Source of the DNA: a bacterium | GTDB lineage: Bacteria; Ratteibacteria; UBA8468; B48-G9; DSTR01 | Length of the DNA: 64,000 bases | NCBI GenBank assembly: GCA_029551285.1 | Contig: JAKPFT010000014.1 | Location: 14,847-78,846, forward strand | Direction: 5' to 3' | In this document: piece by piece, positions 1 to 9,329 of the stretch | Layout: the number at the start of each line of letters is the position of its first letter | Position numbering within the stretch: the first letter of the stretch is position 1 | The notes under the pieces: model-generated | What the model was told of the DNA's origin: nothing | The model's input: the letters and a program-made list of their open reading frames with translations, nothing else | Database searches by the model: none | Position numbers and translations under genes: made by a program

Positions 1-3000
1 ACCCAGATCAAACGGGGCCAGCCAGATATCAGTAGTGATGGTGTAAATCTTCTTTCCACCTGCTCCTTCCGCAGCCTTTAAGGAGGCTCCGCTGGTGTAA
101 AAATTTCCCAGAGAAACATCCTGGTAGGAATTGAAATATTCGGAAAGGAAGGTGGCCAGCCCCAGTACTTCAATCTCGCTGACCGTGAACGGAAATTCAA
201 ACTGCCACTGGTCCCCCCTGGGTTCTGGCAGCACCCACCTTCGGGTGACATCAGGCACCGCCATTCTGGAAGCCTTCCGGGCCGGGTAAATGGTGGAAAG
301 AAGAACCGTAATTACAATAATCACCGTGGCCATCACCGCAGAAAGGGAGGAGTAGTTCAAAACCAGCCCCTGCAAGAGGCCAGTAACCATCAAAACCCTG
401 GCCACCACCTGACCTAACAGATAACCAGCCACAGCCCCCAAGACTGCATACACCAGCGACTCGGCCAGAAAGAGTGAAGCAATGTGGACCGGAGCCAGCC
501 CGACTGCACTATAAGTGCCAATTTCTTTAAGCCGTTCATAAACAGAACCAAGCATGGTGTTGAGCACAATGAGAGCCGCTATGAGGACAGGAATTATCAG
601 GTTGCCAATTCCGGAAAAGGAGGTCAGTCCCATGCTGCTGTAAACATAGGTCTTATTCTCTATGCCAGCAAAAAGAATTACCGCCAGTTTGGAAATGAAA
701 TCCTCCACCAGAGTTTTTACATCAGTACCCTCCCGGAAACGAACGGCTACAGCGTGTAATGTCCCGCCCATCTCCATCAGAGTCTGGTAAGGCAGAATTA
801 CAATATTATCCGCTTCGGTATGCACGAAACTTTGAAGTTTGACTTCCCCGGAATAAACCTGGGCCGTTCGCTCCATCTTCATCTTGCTGATTTCCTTCTC
901 CGGCATGGAAGAAAAATCCACCGGTGTAATCCGTTCCTCATCCAGGTCTTTCATGGCATTGAGTTTCTTTTCGTCAATCACGCCTTTCACCAGCAGTTCC
1001 CGACCATAAACTCTTATCCGGGAGTGCCCCACCTCGGCCGGACCGATACCCAGCGCCTTAGCCATTGTCGCCGGTAGCAAACACACATCCAGTTCTCCGG
1101 GTTCAAACCAGGCCCCGGAAGTTAAACAGGCATCCAGGCCGGACACCTCTTTCTCCTCCAATACCACACCCAGCAGGCCACTGGCCAGAACTGATTTTTC
1201 TCCATGGTGAACATCAATCGCAGTGCGATTACCCAGTTCCCGCAAAACAAACCAGGCGCGGGGAGCGATAATGCCTGTTTCCGAAAACTCGCTGCGCACA
1301 TAATCCAGCGCCACCTCCTGCAGCGGGGACCAGGCACGGTCGCGCAGAAGAATGCCACGGTAAGCAGGCGGATTGGACCTCTGGAGACGGTTGAAATGAA
1401 GGTATGACTTAATTGAGGTGAAGGAAAGGACGGTGAAGGTCAAAAGGATGAGGGTAATGGAGGTAAGAACAGTGCGCATCTTCCTTCTCTTCATGTTCGC
1501 CACGCCCAGAGAAAAAGCGGTACCGGCAGCAGTAACCCGGCCAACGTCTGTCTGATAAATCCCCGTAGCTTCTCTTTTCATCCGCTGCATCTGTTCTTCA
1601 AACTTGGAGGCGACGATAGACAGAACGATGAAGGAAAGAGCCAGAACGATGAAGGAAAGAAGAATAACCTCCGGAGCATTGGTCAGTTTAAAAGCCGGGT
1701 GAACCATCCGCATAATCCAGTAAATCACCAGAAAAATGCCGAAGACGCCGGCGATGCGTTGCTCAATCCTGGAAAAGCCGAAAAAGAGACGTTCCCCGAA
1801 ATAGGCAAAAGGCAAAAGAAGCATGAAATAAAAGATGATACCCTTGACCACATCGTTGGCCGTGCTTTTGACATCAGGGTAAGCCCTGGCCTCTATAGCC
1901 TGACTCTGCCGGGAAAATTTCAAAAAACCGAACCAGTCCAGTTGCTCCCGGGCTTCGTCGGCCTTCTTCAGAAGTAACTTCGCTTTCTCCTGCAATTGCT
2001 TAAGCCGCTCGTTGCGAATGCCAAACTGTTCAAAGTTATTAGTGCGGAAGGTATCCAGAATAATCATATCCCGGGCGGCCTGGTAGGGAGTGTCCAGAAT
2101 CACCGGTGTTTCCTCAGGAAGAAAACCATAGCCTTCAGCCTGCTCCTTTCGCTTCGCTGGTTCCTGGGCATTAAGCAGGAGCAGCCGTTTACCCAGTGGC
2201 CCTGATTCACCGGTAATCTTGATTCTGGTGCCTGGTTTGGCAAAAACCACTCCGGCAATTTCGGCATAAGAAGACCAGGTCCAGGGGATGTACTCCGGAT
2301 ACTGCAGGTAATAACCATAAGCATCCGGTAAACTGTTGGAGGTATCAAAAACGTCAATCTTGCTTAACTGGGACAGATACTGCGGGTCAACCAGGGAAAA
2401 AATGTCCACCGGCTGGCAATCAAAGAGCACAATCATCCACTTCTTTTCCTTATAGTCCATCTTCAAACTGATGGGATACTGCTGGTGACCATTGACCCCC
2501 ATATCAGGAGCCATGGTGATCCGGCCGGTTTCAGCATCAAGTTTAAATCCCTGAAGCCAGACATTGGCATTTCGGGGAAGGTTGGTAAAAGTGGCTGTCC
2601 CTGAGGCATCGGTCATCAAAAGAGGTGGCCTCACCCCCATCCAGACCTGCCATCCGCGAATGTTATCGTAGAGACGGGGCAACGCCAGGGCCCCGGAAAC
2701 AGGCTGGTCCGGCACAAAACTTTTCCTCGGGTCAAAAGTGGTCAGCCTGGCCACCAGGCTGTACATGTTATCCTTCAACTCCAGTTTCGTATCAGGCATG
2801 AGGTCAGGGTCGCTGAGAGCCCGGTCAAGAATCTGAATCAGCAGAGCCGTCTGGCGTTCAATGTTGGTCCTGTTGACATTTTCAATGGTGTCCGCGGGTG
2901 TATCCAGACGCCAGCGACCATCATTAACTGTTAAGAACGTAACCGCTGGAATCCCGGCTAACACCGGCACTTCCCCATCAGTGAGTAAAATATCCGGGAG

Positions 3001-4167
3001 GAATGTCTGCCAGAGAATTCCTTTTTCCGGACTGATACCATTGGCCAGGCTATTCTCCGGCGGTAACCCCAGTCGGGTTGAGGCCTGAACCGCATATTCC
3101 ATAAACTTCTTACCCAGTGGCGCAAAAAACCGCTGATAACTGAATTCGTAGGAATTGTGCCAGATACCCAGCTGGTCTGAACCGCTGGATAAATCCAGGC
3201 CAATGAGCAGTTGCGGTTTTAACTTTTGATTTTTGGCAATTTTGCTCTTAAAAGGTTCGCTGGTGCGCAGATGGGCCTGGACAAAAGCGTCCATACCTGC
3301 GGCATACTGAAAATGGCTGGAGGTCGCCAGAAACATCACGGTGCGACCAGGCCGGAACTGGGTTAAATGCTCAAGTATCGTCAGCAGCGCGGCCAGGCCA
3401 CAACTGCTATCGGCTCCAGGAGCCAGTGCCGGCACCACACTGATACTATCGTAATAGGCATGGAGAATAATCAGCTCATCCTTCAGTTTAGGGTCACGGC
3501 CTGGCAGCAGACCAACAATGTTCTCATCCCTCACCTGTTGCCAGGACATACGGCCCAAAAGCCTTACTGTGGCGCCGCTGCTGGCCAGAGCAGATATTTC
3601 CCGGGCTGCCTGACCGGTAGCGTAAAAGCGCGGAGTGGAAACAGGTATGGATAGGAATTTGCGTTCAGCTTCCACGCGGCTCATCCGGTCTGATTCCAGG
3701 AAGATAATCGCCCTGGCCCCTAACATGGCTGCGTCCAGCCAGCGACTGCCGCAAGAAAAGTCAAAAACAGCGATGCTACCGCGGAGGTTTTTCCCGCTAA
3801 ACGCGTGTAAATCACCCTGCCCGCCGTAAATCAAAGGACCACTAATCCCCTCCGGTGGCACAGTGGAAGTTCTCACCAGGTTCGGCCAGACGCAGTAAAG
3901 TGGTACTTTTCTGCTCCCGGCTTCCAGGGAGGCTCCTTCGTCCACAGGAACCACTGTGGTAAAGGACTCACGATGAACCTGGATTAGCCCTGCCTTCCGG
4001 AAGGACTCTTCAATGAAATCGGCTGCGGCCCGGTGTCCGGCTGTTCCCGGCAGGCGTGAAGGAAAAGAAGAAAGGGTACTGATGAAACTGGCTACATTCT
4101 GGGAAAAGGCTGGTGGAACAAATGAGAGAAGGCAAAAAACAAAAAGGGCCGCTTTACCTTTTTTCAT
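1..4167 (-). CDS. Large membrane protein, partial (C-terminus beyond window start; >=1389 aa in window). Signal peptide, M28-peptidase-like extracytoplasmic domain, extra TM hairpins, and an FtsX/MacB-type permease unit.
   Basis: Translated by hand on the minus strand from ATG at 4167..4165 (RBS AAGGAG 8 nt upstream) to position 1 with no stop. All ORF-track entries in 1-4150 lie in other frames. N-terminus MKKGKAALFVFCLLSF is signal-like. M28-like motifs HAYYDS and PGADSSCG are present, but the usual EE pair is replaced (ATSSHF). FtsX-type motifs are MKRRKMRTVLTSITLILLTF (TM1) and ERLKEIGTYSAVGLAPVHIASLFLAESLVYAVLGAVAGYLLG (C-terminal 3-TM module). Confidence 0.75.
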   Translation of the reverse strand, partial: MKKGKAALFVFCLLSFVPPAFSQNVASFISTLSSFPSRLPGTAGHRAAADFIEESFRKAGLIQVHRESFTTVVPVDEGASLEAGSRKVPLYCVWPNLVRTSTVPPEGISGPLIYGGQGDLHAFSGKNLRGSIAVFDFSCGSRWLDAAMLGARAIIFLESDRMSRVEAERKFLSIPVSTPRFYATGQAAREISALASSGATVRLLGRMSWQQVRDENIVGLLPGRDPKLKDELIILHAYYDSISVVPALAPGADSSCGLAALLTILEHLTQFRPGRTVMFLATSSHFQYAAGMDAFVQAHLRTSEPFKSKIAKNQKLKPQLLIGLDLSSGSDQLGIWHNSYEFSYQRFFAPLGKKFMEYAVQASTRLGLPPENSLANGISPEKGILWQTFLPDILLTDGEVPVLAGIPAVTFLTVNDGRWRLDTPADTIENVNRTNIERQTALLIQILDRALSDPDLMPDTKLELKDNMYSLVARLTTFDPRKSFVPDQPVSGALALPRLYDNIRGWQVWMGVRPPLLMTDASGTATFTNLPRNANVWLQGFKLDAETGRITMAPDMGVNGHQQYPISLKMDYKEKKWMIVLFDCQPVDIFSLVDPQYLSQLSKIDVFDTSNSLPDAYGYYLQYPEYIPWTWSSYAEIAGVVFAKPGTRIKITGESGPLGKRLLLLNAQEPAKRKEQAEGYGFLPEETPVILDTPYQAARDMIILDTFRTNNFEQFGIRNERLKQLQEKAKLLLKKADEAREQLDWFGFLKFSRQSQAIEARAYPDVKSTANDVVKGIIFYFMLLLPFAYFGERLFFGFSRIEQRIAGVFGIFLVIYWIMRMVHPAFKLTNAPEVILLSFIVLALSFIVLSIVASKFEEQMQRMKREATGIYQTDVGRVTAAGTAFSLGVANMKRRKMRTVLTSITLILLTFTVLSFTSIKSYLHFNRLQRSNPPAYRGILLRDRAWSPLQEVALDYVRSEFSETGIIAPRAWFVLRELGNRTAIDVHHGEKSVLASGLLGVVLEEKEVSGLDACLTSGAWFEPGELDVCLLPATMAKALGIGPAEVGHSRIRVYGRELLVKGVIDEKKLNAMKDLDEERITPVDFSSMPEKEISKMKMERTAQVYSGEVKLQSFVHTEADNIVILPYQTLMEMGGTLHAVAVRFREGTDVKTLVEDFISKLAVILFAGIENKTYVYSSMGLTSFSGIGNLIIPVLIAALIVLNTMLGSVYERLKEIGTYSAVGLAPVHIASLFLAESLVYAVLGAVAGYLLGQVVARVLMVTGLLQGLVLNYSSLSAVMATVIIVITVLLSTIYPARKASRMAVPDVTRRWVLPEPRGDQWQFEFPFTVSEIEVLGLATFLSEYFNSYQDVSLGNFYTSGASLKAAEGAGGKKIYTITTDIWLAPFDLG

Positions 4168-4693
4168 TGCCCAGCTCCTTAAGTTTCTGCCAGGTTTTTT
4201 TCGAGCCTGGGTTATGGTTAATTTCCTCAACGAATTGTTTCCTGGCTTCTTCCCGGCGGCCCTGGGCTTCAAAGATACAGCCCCTGAGGTAATAGGCTTC
4301 CGGGAAGTATGGATTTTTCTCCACCAGGGCGTTTAACAATCCCAGCGCGCTTTCATGACGACGTTCACTGTAATCAAGAAGCGCCAGGTTAAATATCAAG
4401 TTAGCACAATGGGGAAACTTCGTCAATCCTTTCTCCAGCCATTTTCTCGCCTGCTCTTTGTTGCCCAGACAGAGGTAACAGACACTTATTTTTTCGTATA
4501 AATCCTCGCTTGGTCTTACGGCCGCCAGCCACTCCCAGGAAGCGGCCGCTGCCTGAAGATTCCCTTCAGCGAAGAATTTTTCTGCTTCTTTTTCCTGGCC
4601 TGGCCGGCTGCTGGTAAACATAACCACTGATGGTATCAGTGCCGCGGCTACCAGCAGCGTCAGGATTTTGATATCAGTGCTCATGACCGGCAA
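4154..4693 (-). CDS. TPR-repeat protein with N-terminal hydrophobic anchor or signal
   Basis: ORF-track 179 aa; TPR-like repeats (AEGNLQAAAASWEWL..., YLCLGNKEQARKWLEKGL..., YYLRGCIFEAQGRREEARKQF). Its end overlaps the start of the giant downstream gene by 14 nt. Confidence 0.6.
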   Translation of the reverse strand: MPVMSTDIKILTLLVAAALIPSVVMFTSSRPGQEKEAEKFFAEGNLQAAAASWEWLAAVRPSEDLYEKISVCYLCLGNKEQARKWLEKGLTKFPHCANLIFNLALLDYSERRHESALGLLNALVEKNPYFPEAYYLRGCIFEAQGRREEARKQFVEEINHNPGSKKTWQKLKELGNEKR

Positions 4694-4922
4694 GACGATG
4701 CAGTCGCTTCAGCCTTCTGAAAAGAATAACCACCAGCAGGATTAGACTGACCAGCATGGCTATTCGGCTGAAGATGGTTTCCCGGCGTAAGACCGCCGGC
4801 CAGAGAACAATGATGGAAACGATAACCACTGCGTCTTCCCAAAGAGGCGTTTTCTCGGCTGGAAACTTGGCGGATTCTGACCCGGATAAAGATGGCTTTG
4901 ACATCTGCTGGTGCTGGTTCAT
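4674..4922 (-). CDS. Small hypothetical membrane protein. The upstream ORF-track start overlaps the tRNA, so it is trimmed here to an internal Met.
   Basis: ORF 4674..4997 has two hydrophobic segments (VVIVSIIVLWPAVL, MLVSLILLVVILF). The region 4959-5040 is a tRNA, so any real start must lie at or below 4958. Confidence 0.3.
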   Translation of the reverse strand: MNQHQQMSKPSLSGSESAKFPAEKTPLWEDAVVIVSIIVLWPAVLRRETIFSRIAMLVSLILLVVILFRRLKRLHRLAGHEH

Positions 4923-4958
4923 TCCAGTTAACACCTTTGGTACCAAACAGAAGTTTAA

Positions 4959-5040
4959 TGCCGGGAGGGGGACTTGAACCCCCACGGCCGAAGCCATACG
5001 CCCCTCAAACGTACGTGTCTGCCTGTTCCACCATCCCGGC
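4959..5040 (-). tRNA. tRNA-Leu (anticodon GAG), class II with long variable arm; CCA not encoded
   Basis: Minus-strand read: GCCGGGA acceptor stem pairs with TCCCGGC before discriminator A. Anticodon stem TACGT/GCGTA with loop TTGAGGG gives anticodon GAG. Variable arm is GGC-TTCG-GCC. T-arm is GGGGG-TTCAAGT-CCCCC. Confidence 0.8.
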
Positions 5041-5057
5041 TTCTCCTGAATTCGGTA

Positions 5058-5909
5058 TTATATTACACTTTCAGGATTGCTCAGGTAAAGTTCGGCACAG
5101 ACCTTAGCCAGTTTTCTCACTCTGGCAATAAAACGAACGCGCTCACTGACGCTGATCGCTTTCCTGGCATCTAACCAGTTGAAGAGGTGGGAAAGTTTCA
5201 GGACATAGTCGTAAGCAGGAAAAACCAACCCGGCTTTGAGGATGCGTTCCGCCTCTTCTTCAAACCGGTCAAAGGTTTCAAAAAGAAAGGGGATTTCCGC
5301 CAGTTCAAAGGCATACTGAGAATATTCCTTCTCTTTCTTCTTGTGAATTTGTCCGAAGGTGACATCCCGGCTCCAGGCCAGTTCAAAAACACTTCTTTTC
5401 CCCTGAAGAAAGTTGGCAATCCGGTCCAGTCCGTAGGTTATTTCGCAGGCGACCGGTGACAGGTCAAAGCCACCTGCCTGTTGCATGTAAGTGAACTGAG
5501 TAATTTCCAGTCCGTCCAGCCACACTTCCCAGCCCACGCCCCAGGCCCCCAGAGTGGGTGCTTCCCAGTTGTCTTCAATAAAACGGATATCGTGTTCAGC
5601 TGTCCTGATGCCTAAACTGGCTAAACTTTTGAGATACAGGCTCTGGACATCGGCTGGAGGCGGTTTAAGAATCACCTGAATCTGGTGGTGGAGATACAGA
5701 CGCACCGGATTTTCACCATAGCGACCATCAGCAGGTCTGACTGAGGGTTCCAGGTAGACCACCCGCCAGTTTTTTTCCCCCAGGATGCCGAAAAAGGTCG
5801 CCGGATTCAGGGTACCGGCACCCACTTCCACATTGTACGGGTGCCAGAGCACACACCCCCTTCTCAACCAGAAATTCTCCAGTTGCCGCCAGATTTTCTG
5901 AAATTCCAT
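5058..5909 (-). CDS. glyQ: Glycine--tRNA ligase alpha subunit
   Basis: Strong GlyQ signature [34 protein letters not shown]. The ORF-track entry 5058..6458 carries a 183-aa N-terminal extension that runs antisense through smpB, so the start is trimmed to the internal Met MEFQKIW (ATG at 5909..5907), giving 283 aa. Confidence 0.9.
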   Translation of the reverse strand: MEFQKIWRQLENFWLRRGCVLWHPYNVEVGAGTLNPATFFGILGEKNWRVVYLEPSVRPADGRYGENPVRLYLHHQIQVILKPPPADVQSLYLKSLASLGIRTAEHDIRFIEDNWEAPTLGAWGVGWEVWLDGLEITQFTYMQQAGGFDLSPVACEITYGLDRIANFLQGKRSVFELAWSRDVTFGQIHKKKEKEYSQYAFELAEIPFLFETFDRFEEEAERILKAGLVFPAYDYVLKLSHLFNWLDARKAISVSERVRFIARVRKLAKVCAELYLSNPESVI

Positions 5910-6050
5910 GGATAATATTGTAACCGTAAAAGTTGCTCCGTCAAAAGACCCTGGACAGATTCTCGTCTGGCTGGCGTTTCCCCGGATATCAGGCCTGACC
6001 ATTTCCTGAACCAGAAGACATATCTTTCTGCAGGTTTTTGTGGTAAAATT

Positions 6051-6500
6051 ATGACAATGAAGAAACTGGAAAACCGGAAAGCCTTCCACGACTACGAAAT
6101 CCTGGAAAAACTTGAAGCTGGCATTGTCCTTCAGGGTGCGGAAGTTAAGTCCTTGCGCGAAGGTAATGCCAGCCTCAAGGAAGCTTTTGCCAGACCGGAA
6201 AATGGGGAAATTTTTCTGCACAATATGTACATCGCACCTTATCAGCCGGCGCTGGAAAAACCTCCTGTCCGGCGCCGGAGAAAACTTCTGCTCCACGCCA
6301 GCCAGATCCGTCGCTGGAGCAAGCAGGTAGCTGAGAAGGGCTTGACCATTGTACCTCTTTCGGTGTACTTTAATGAGAAAGGGCTGGCCAAAGTGGAACT
6401 GGCTCTGGCCAGAGGTAAAACACTGGCCGATAAACGCGAGGCTCTGAAAAAGAGGCAAATCCAGCGAGAGATTGAACAGCGGTTAAAGAAAAGACCCTGA
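6051..6500 (+). CDS. smpB: SsrA-binding protein SmpB
   Basis: 149 aa with typical SmpB sequence (KAFHDYEILEKLEAGIVLQGAEVKSLR...) and basic C-terminal tail. Stop codon is TGA. Confidence 0.93.
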   Translation: MTMKKLENRKAFHDYEILEKLEAGIVLQGAEVKSLREGNASLKEAFARPENGEIFLHNMYIAPYQPALEKPPVRRRRKLLLHASQIRRWSKQVAEKGLTIVPLSVYFNEKGLAKVELALARGKTLADKREALKKRQIQREIEQRLKKRP

Positions 6501-6548
6501 TTTTGACCACTAAGAAAAAGGTTGAAGGTATCCGTCAAACTTTGCAAA

Positions 6549-6899
6549 GGGGGCGAAATAGGTTTCGACAGAGGGAAGCAGAGGTCAGAGCAGCCTGTCG
6601 AGTTTGTCGGAAACTCGCCAAAATCCGGCAAGAAATAACTGCCACAACGGCAAACTGCCTGGCTGCTTAAAAGCAGCCACTCACCAGTGGTTCCTGCCCT
6701 CGGGGCCACTGAGTGAGCCGGTAAGAGGGCCTGGCTGGTTCGGTGGCCTTTCTCCGGACCAGACAGTATCAAAAAGGCTGCCTTTCACCGACCCTGTCCT
6801 GGTGGGGACGGCGAAAGAAAGAAAAAACACAGGACTACGCAGGTAGAGACTCTGGCCGCTGGCCTTCTGGACTCCGCTGCAAAGCGGACGCCTCCACCA
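6549..6899 (+). ncRNA. ssrA: tmRNA (ssrA)
   Basis: Immediately downstream of smpB. The 5' end GGGGGCGAAATAGGTTTCGACAGAGGG resembles canonical tmRNA 5' ends. The 5' acceptor strand GGGGGCG pairs with 3' CGCCTCC-A-CCA ending at 6899. An internal short frame GCC ACA ACG GCA AAC TGC CTG GCT GCT TAA encodes ...ATTANCLAA*, resembling LAA-ending degradation tags, followed by GCAGCC as in E. coli. The T-arm looks atypical (TCCGC/GCGGA with a 6-nt loop). Confidence 0.78.
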
Positions 6900-6941
6900 G
6901 TTAATCTTTATCCGGGAGATCGGCGTAATCATTGAGGAGGA

Positions 6942-8102
6942 ATGGTGAAGAGGAGCAAGTATAAGAACCTTCTTTTTCTGGCAAGTTTTTTTCTGATGAC
7001 TTCTCTGGCAGCCGCCATCAATCTCCAGGAAAAGGCTAAAGAAAACAGACTTTCCATCTATCTCTGCGACAATCAACGGTATCTTTCCCTCAGGGCGGTT
7101 TTGCGCCTCATCGGAGCCCAGGATTCATGGGGTCGTATCCAGGACCGCATCTTTTTCCTTTACCGTGGCAAGGAAATTGCCCTTGGTCTTGGCTCCACCA
7201 CTGCCATCATTGCCGGCAAGTCTTTTCCAATGGAGTATCCTCCCCGTCAGATTGAAGGCGAAATCCTGGTGCCACTGAACGATTTTGAGAAAATTCTCAA
7301 CACTGTTGAAGCCGGTGTCGGGCCTTCTGTTTCAACCCCGGAATTGCCCCGGAAGGAAACTGCCAGTCCGGCGGCCGGTCAGACTGGCCCCTCACCGGTT
7401 AATACCCGGCCTTTTGTCATCTTTATTGATGCCGGCCACGGCGGCAAAGACCACGGAGCGGTCGGAAATTTCGGACTGAAGGAGAAGGATGTCAATCTTG
7501 ATGTGGCTAAACGTCTGCGCCACTACCTCCAGACAAAACTGAAAAGGTACCCGGAGATTAAAATTGTGATGAGCCGGGAACAGGATGTTTTCCTCAGTCT
7601 GGAAGAAAGAGTTCAGCGGGCGCGAGAGGTTAAGGCCGATATCTTCTTCTGCGTGCATACCAATTCTTCAAGGTGGAACCGCCTGGATGCCGATGGTTTT
7701 GAGACCTTCTACCCAAGGAGCAAGGAGGAAATCAGTATCCTGCCCGCCGCTGTGGACGGAGAGGGACGGGAGGAGGAAACGCAGGCTGATAGTATTGTGC
7801 TCCAGATCGTCCGGGACCTCAATGAAACCTCTGTTCTGGACGAAAGTCGTATCCTGGCGGAATTTGTCCAGGAACGTCTGGCCCAGCGGCTCAACTGTCC
7901 GGACCGCGGGGCCAAGGCAAGAAATTTCTATGTGTTAAAGTACACGCCGATGGTCTCCATTCTTACTGAAATCGGGTTCATCTGCAATCCTAATATAGAA
8001 GCCAATTTAAGAGATGTGGAAGTTCGTCAGGCCATCGGGGAAACACTGGCTGAAGCCATTCTTGATTACCTCAGACGCAAAAACCTTATCCTCAATGATT
8101 GA
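6942..8102 (+). CDS. N-acetylmuramoyl-L-alanine amidase (Amidase_3 family) with N-terminal signal/TM and a non-catalytic N-domain
   Basis: Amidase_3 motifs FVIFIDAGHGGKDHGAVG ... FFCVHTNSS. N-terminal hydrophobic segment LLFLASFFLMTSLAAA. Confidence 0.85.
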   Translation: MVKRSKYKNLLFLASFFLMTSLAAAINLQEKAKENRLSIYLCDNQRYLSLRAVLRLIGAQDSWGRIQDRIFFLYRGKEIALGLGSTTAIIAGKSFPMEYPPRQIEGEILVPLNDFEKILNTVEAGVGPSVSTPELPRKETASPAAGQTGPSPVNTRPFVIFIDAGHGGKDHGAVGNFGLKEKDVNLDVAKRLRHYLQTKLKRYPEIKIVMSREQDVFLSLEERVQRAREVKADIFFCVHTNSSRWNRLDADGFETFYPRSKEEISILPAAVDGEGREEETQADSIVLQIVRDLNETSVLDESRILAEFVQERLAQRLNCPDRGAKARNFYVLKYTPMVSILTEIGFICNPNIEANLRDVEVRQAIGETLAEAILDYLRRKNLILND

Positions 8103-8931
8103 ACAACCCATCGGCGTCTTTGATTCCGGCATCGGCGGACTCACCGTGGTAAGCCAGATAAGGAAATATTGCCCGGGAGAAGAAATCGTTTACTTCGGGG
8201 ATACTGCCCGGGTGCCATACGGAACTAAGTCGGCTAATGTCATCCGTCAGTTCTCCGTTGAGAATACTCGTTTTCTTTTAAAGTCAGAACCTAAACTCAT
8301 CGTCATTGCCTGCCACACCGCCTCCTGTCTGGCCGGGGACTACCTGCGCCGTAAGTTTCCCGGACTCACCTTCCTGGATGTGGTTAGGCCCAGCATTGAG
8401 AAGGCTCTTGCTGTCACCAGGTCCGGACGAATAGGGCTCATCGGCACGCCGGCCACGATAAACAGCGGCCACTATCAACGGCTGCTCAGCAGCCGTAACC
8501 GTTCTGTCCATATTTTTGCAAAAGCCTGCCCGCTTTTTGTCCCCCTGGTGGAAGAAGGCTGGACCAGTAACAGCATCAGCAAAAAGATAGCAGCCGTCTA
8601 TCTGAACGATTTCAAAAAACAAAAAATAGATACCCTCATCTTAGCCTGTACCCACTACCCACTGCTGAAAAAGGTTATCGGCAGAGTCTTGGGAAAGAAG
8701 GTAGAGTTGGTGGATGCCTCGGAAGAGGTGGCCTGGCAGGTGAAAGAATACTTAAGAGGCCGCAAGATCCTGAAAGAAAATGGGGCCAGAAAAATCCGTC
8801 TTTATTTCAGCGATTGCCACGCCCATTTAAAATCAATCATACCTGCTTTCCTGCATGGAGAAAGAATAACCATCAGGGAGGCGGCATTTCCGGCTCAGGC
8901 CGGCAGAGGAAAATTATGTACGAGATTATGA
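8095..8931 (+). CDS. murI: Glutamate racemase
   Basis: MurI motifs IGVFDSGIGGLTV, VIACHTAS, ACTHYPLL. Start trimmed to ATG 8095 (MIEQPIGVFDSG), overlapping the amidase stop by 8 nt. The ORF-track start 8014 lies inside the amidase. Confidence 0.88.
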   Translation: MIEQPIGVFDSGIGGLTVVSQIRKYCPGEEIVYFGDTARVPYGTKSANVIRQFSVENTRFLLKSEPKLIVIACHTASCLAGDYLRRKFPGLTFLDVVRPSIEKALAVTRSGRIGLIGTPATINSGHYQRLLSSRNRSVHIFAKACPLFVPLVEEGWTSNSISKKIAAVYLNDFKKQKIDTLILACTHYPLLKKVIGRVLGKKVELVDASEEVAWQVKEYLRGRKILKENGARKIRLYFSDCHAHLKSIIPAFLHGERITIREAAFPAQAGRGKLCTRL

Positions 8932-9329
8932 TTGAGGAAGAATTTTCCGGAGCCCACCGGTTACGCGGCTACCGGGGAAAGTGCGAAAACCTACACGGCC
9001 ACAACTGGAAGGTGGCTGTCTTTCTCCGGGGGGAAAAACTGGACCGGGCTGGGCTGCTCCTTGATTTTCACACCCTGAGAGAAAGGCTGGACCGGGTTCT
9101 CCAGACACTGGACCACAAGAATTTGAATACCCTGCCCTTTTTCAGAAAGCATAATCCCAGTTCCGAAAATCTGGCCCGTTACATCTTTCTCTCTCTGGAG
9201 AGAATTTTGCCGGAAAAGGTGGTGCGTCTTGACCGGGTGACTATCTGGGAAAACCAGCGACAGTGTGCTACTTACTACCGAAAGGAGGAAGAAAATGCAG
9301 GCGTATCAGGAACCAGGGCTGCCCTTTAA
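8916..9329 (+). CDS. queD: 6-carboxy-5,6,7,8-tetrahydropterin synthase / PTPS family (QueD-like)
   Basis: Motifs FSGAHRL and CENLHGHNWKV typical of the PTPS/QueD family. Start trimmed to ATG 8916 with RBS AGAGGA. Confidence 0.72.
   Translation: MYEIMIEEEFSGAHRLRGYRGKCENLHGHNWKVAVFLRGEKLDRAGLLLDFHTLRERLDRVLQTLDHKNLNTLPFFRKHNPSSENLARYIFLSLERILPEKVVRLDRVTIWENQRQCATYYRKEEENAGVSGTRAAL

Noticed and set aside
5910-6458. 183-codon N-terminal extension of the glyQ ORF (5058..6458) running antisense through smpB
   Set aside because: GlyQ homology begins at the internal Met (MEFQKIW, ATG 5909) and smpB occupies the opposite strand. The extension is a coincidental open frame.
6242-7076. ORF-track ORFs 6604..6846 (+), 6242..6772 (-) and 6681..7076 (-) in the smpB-amidase spacer
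   Set aside because: They overlap the tmRNA gene (6549-6899), have no recognisable protein features, and smpB-ssrA adjacency is the norm. Treated as spurious.
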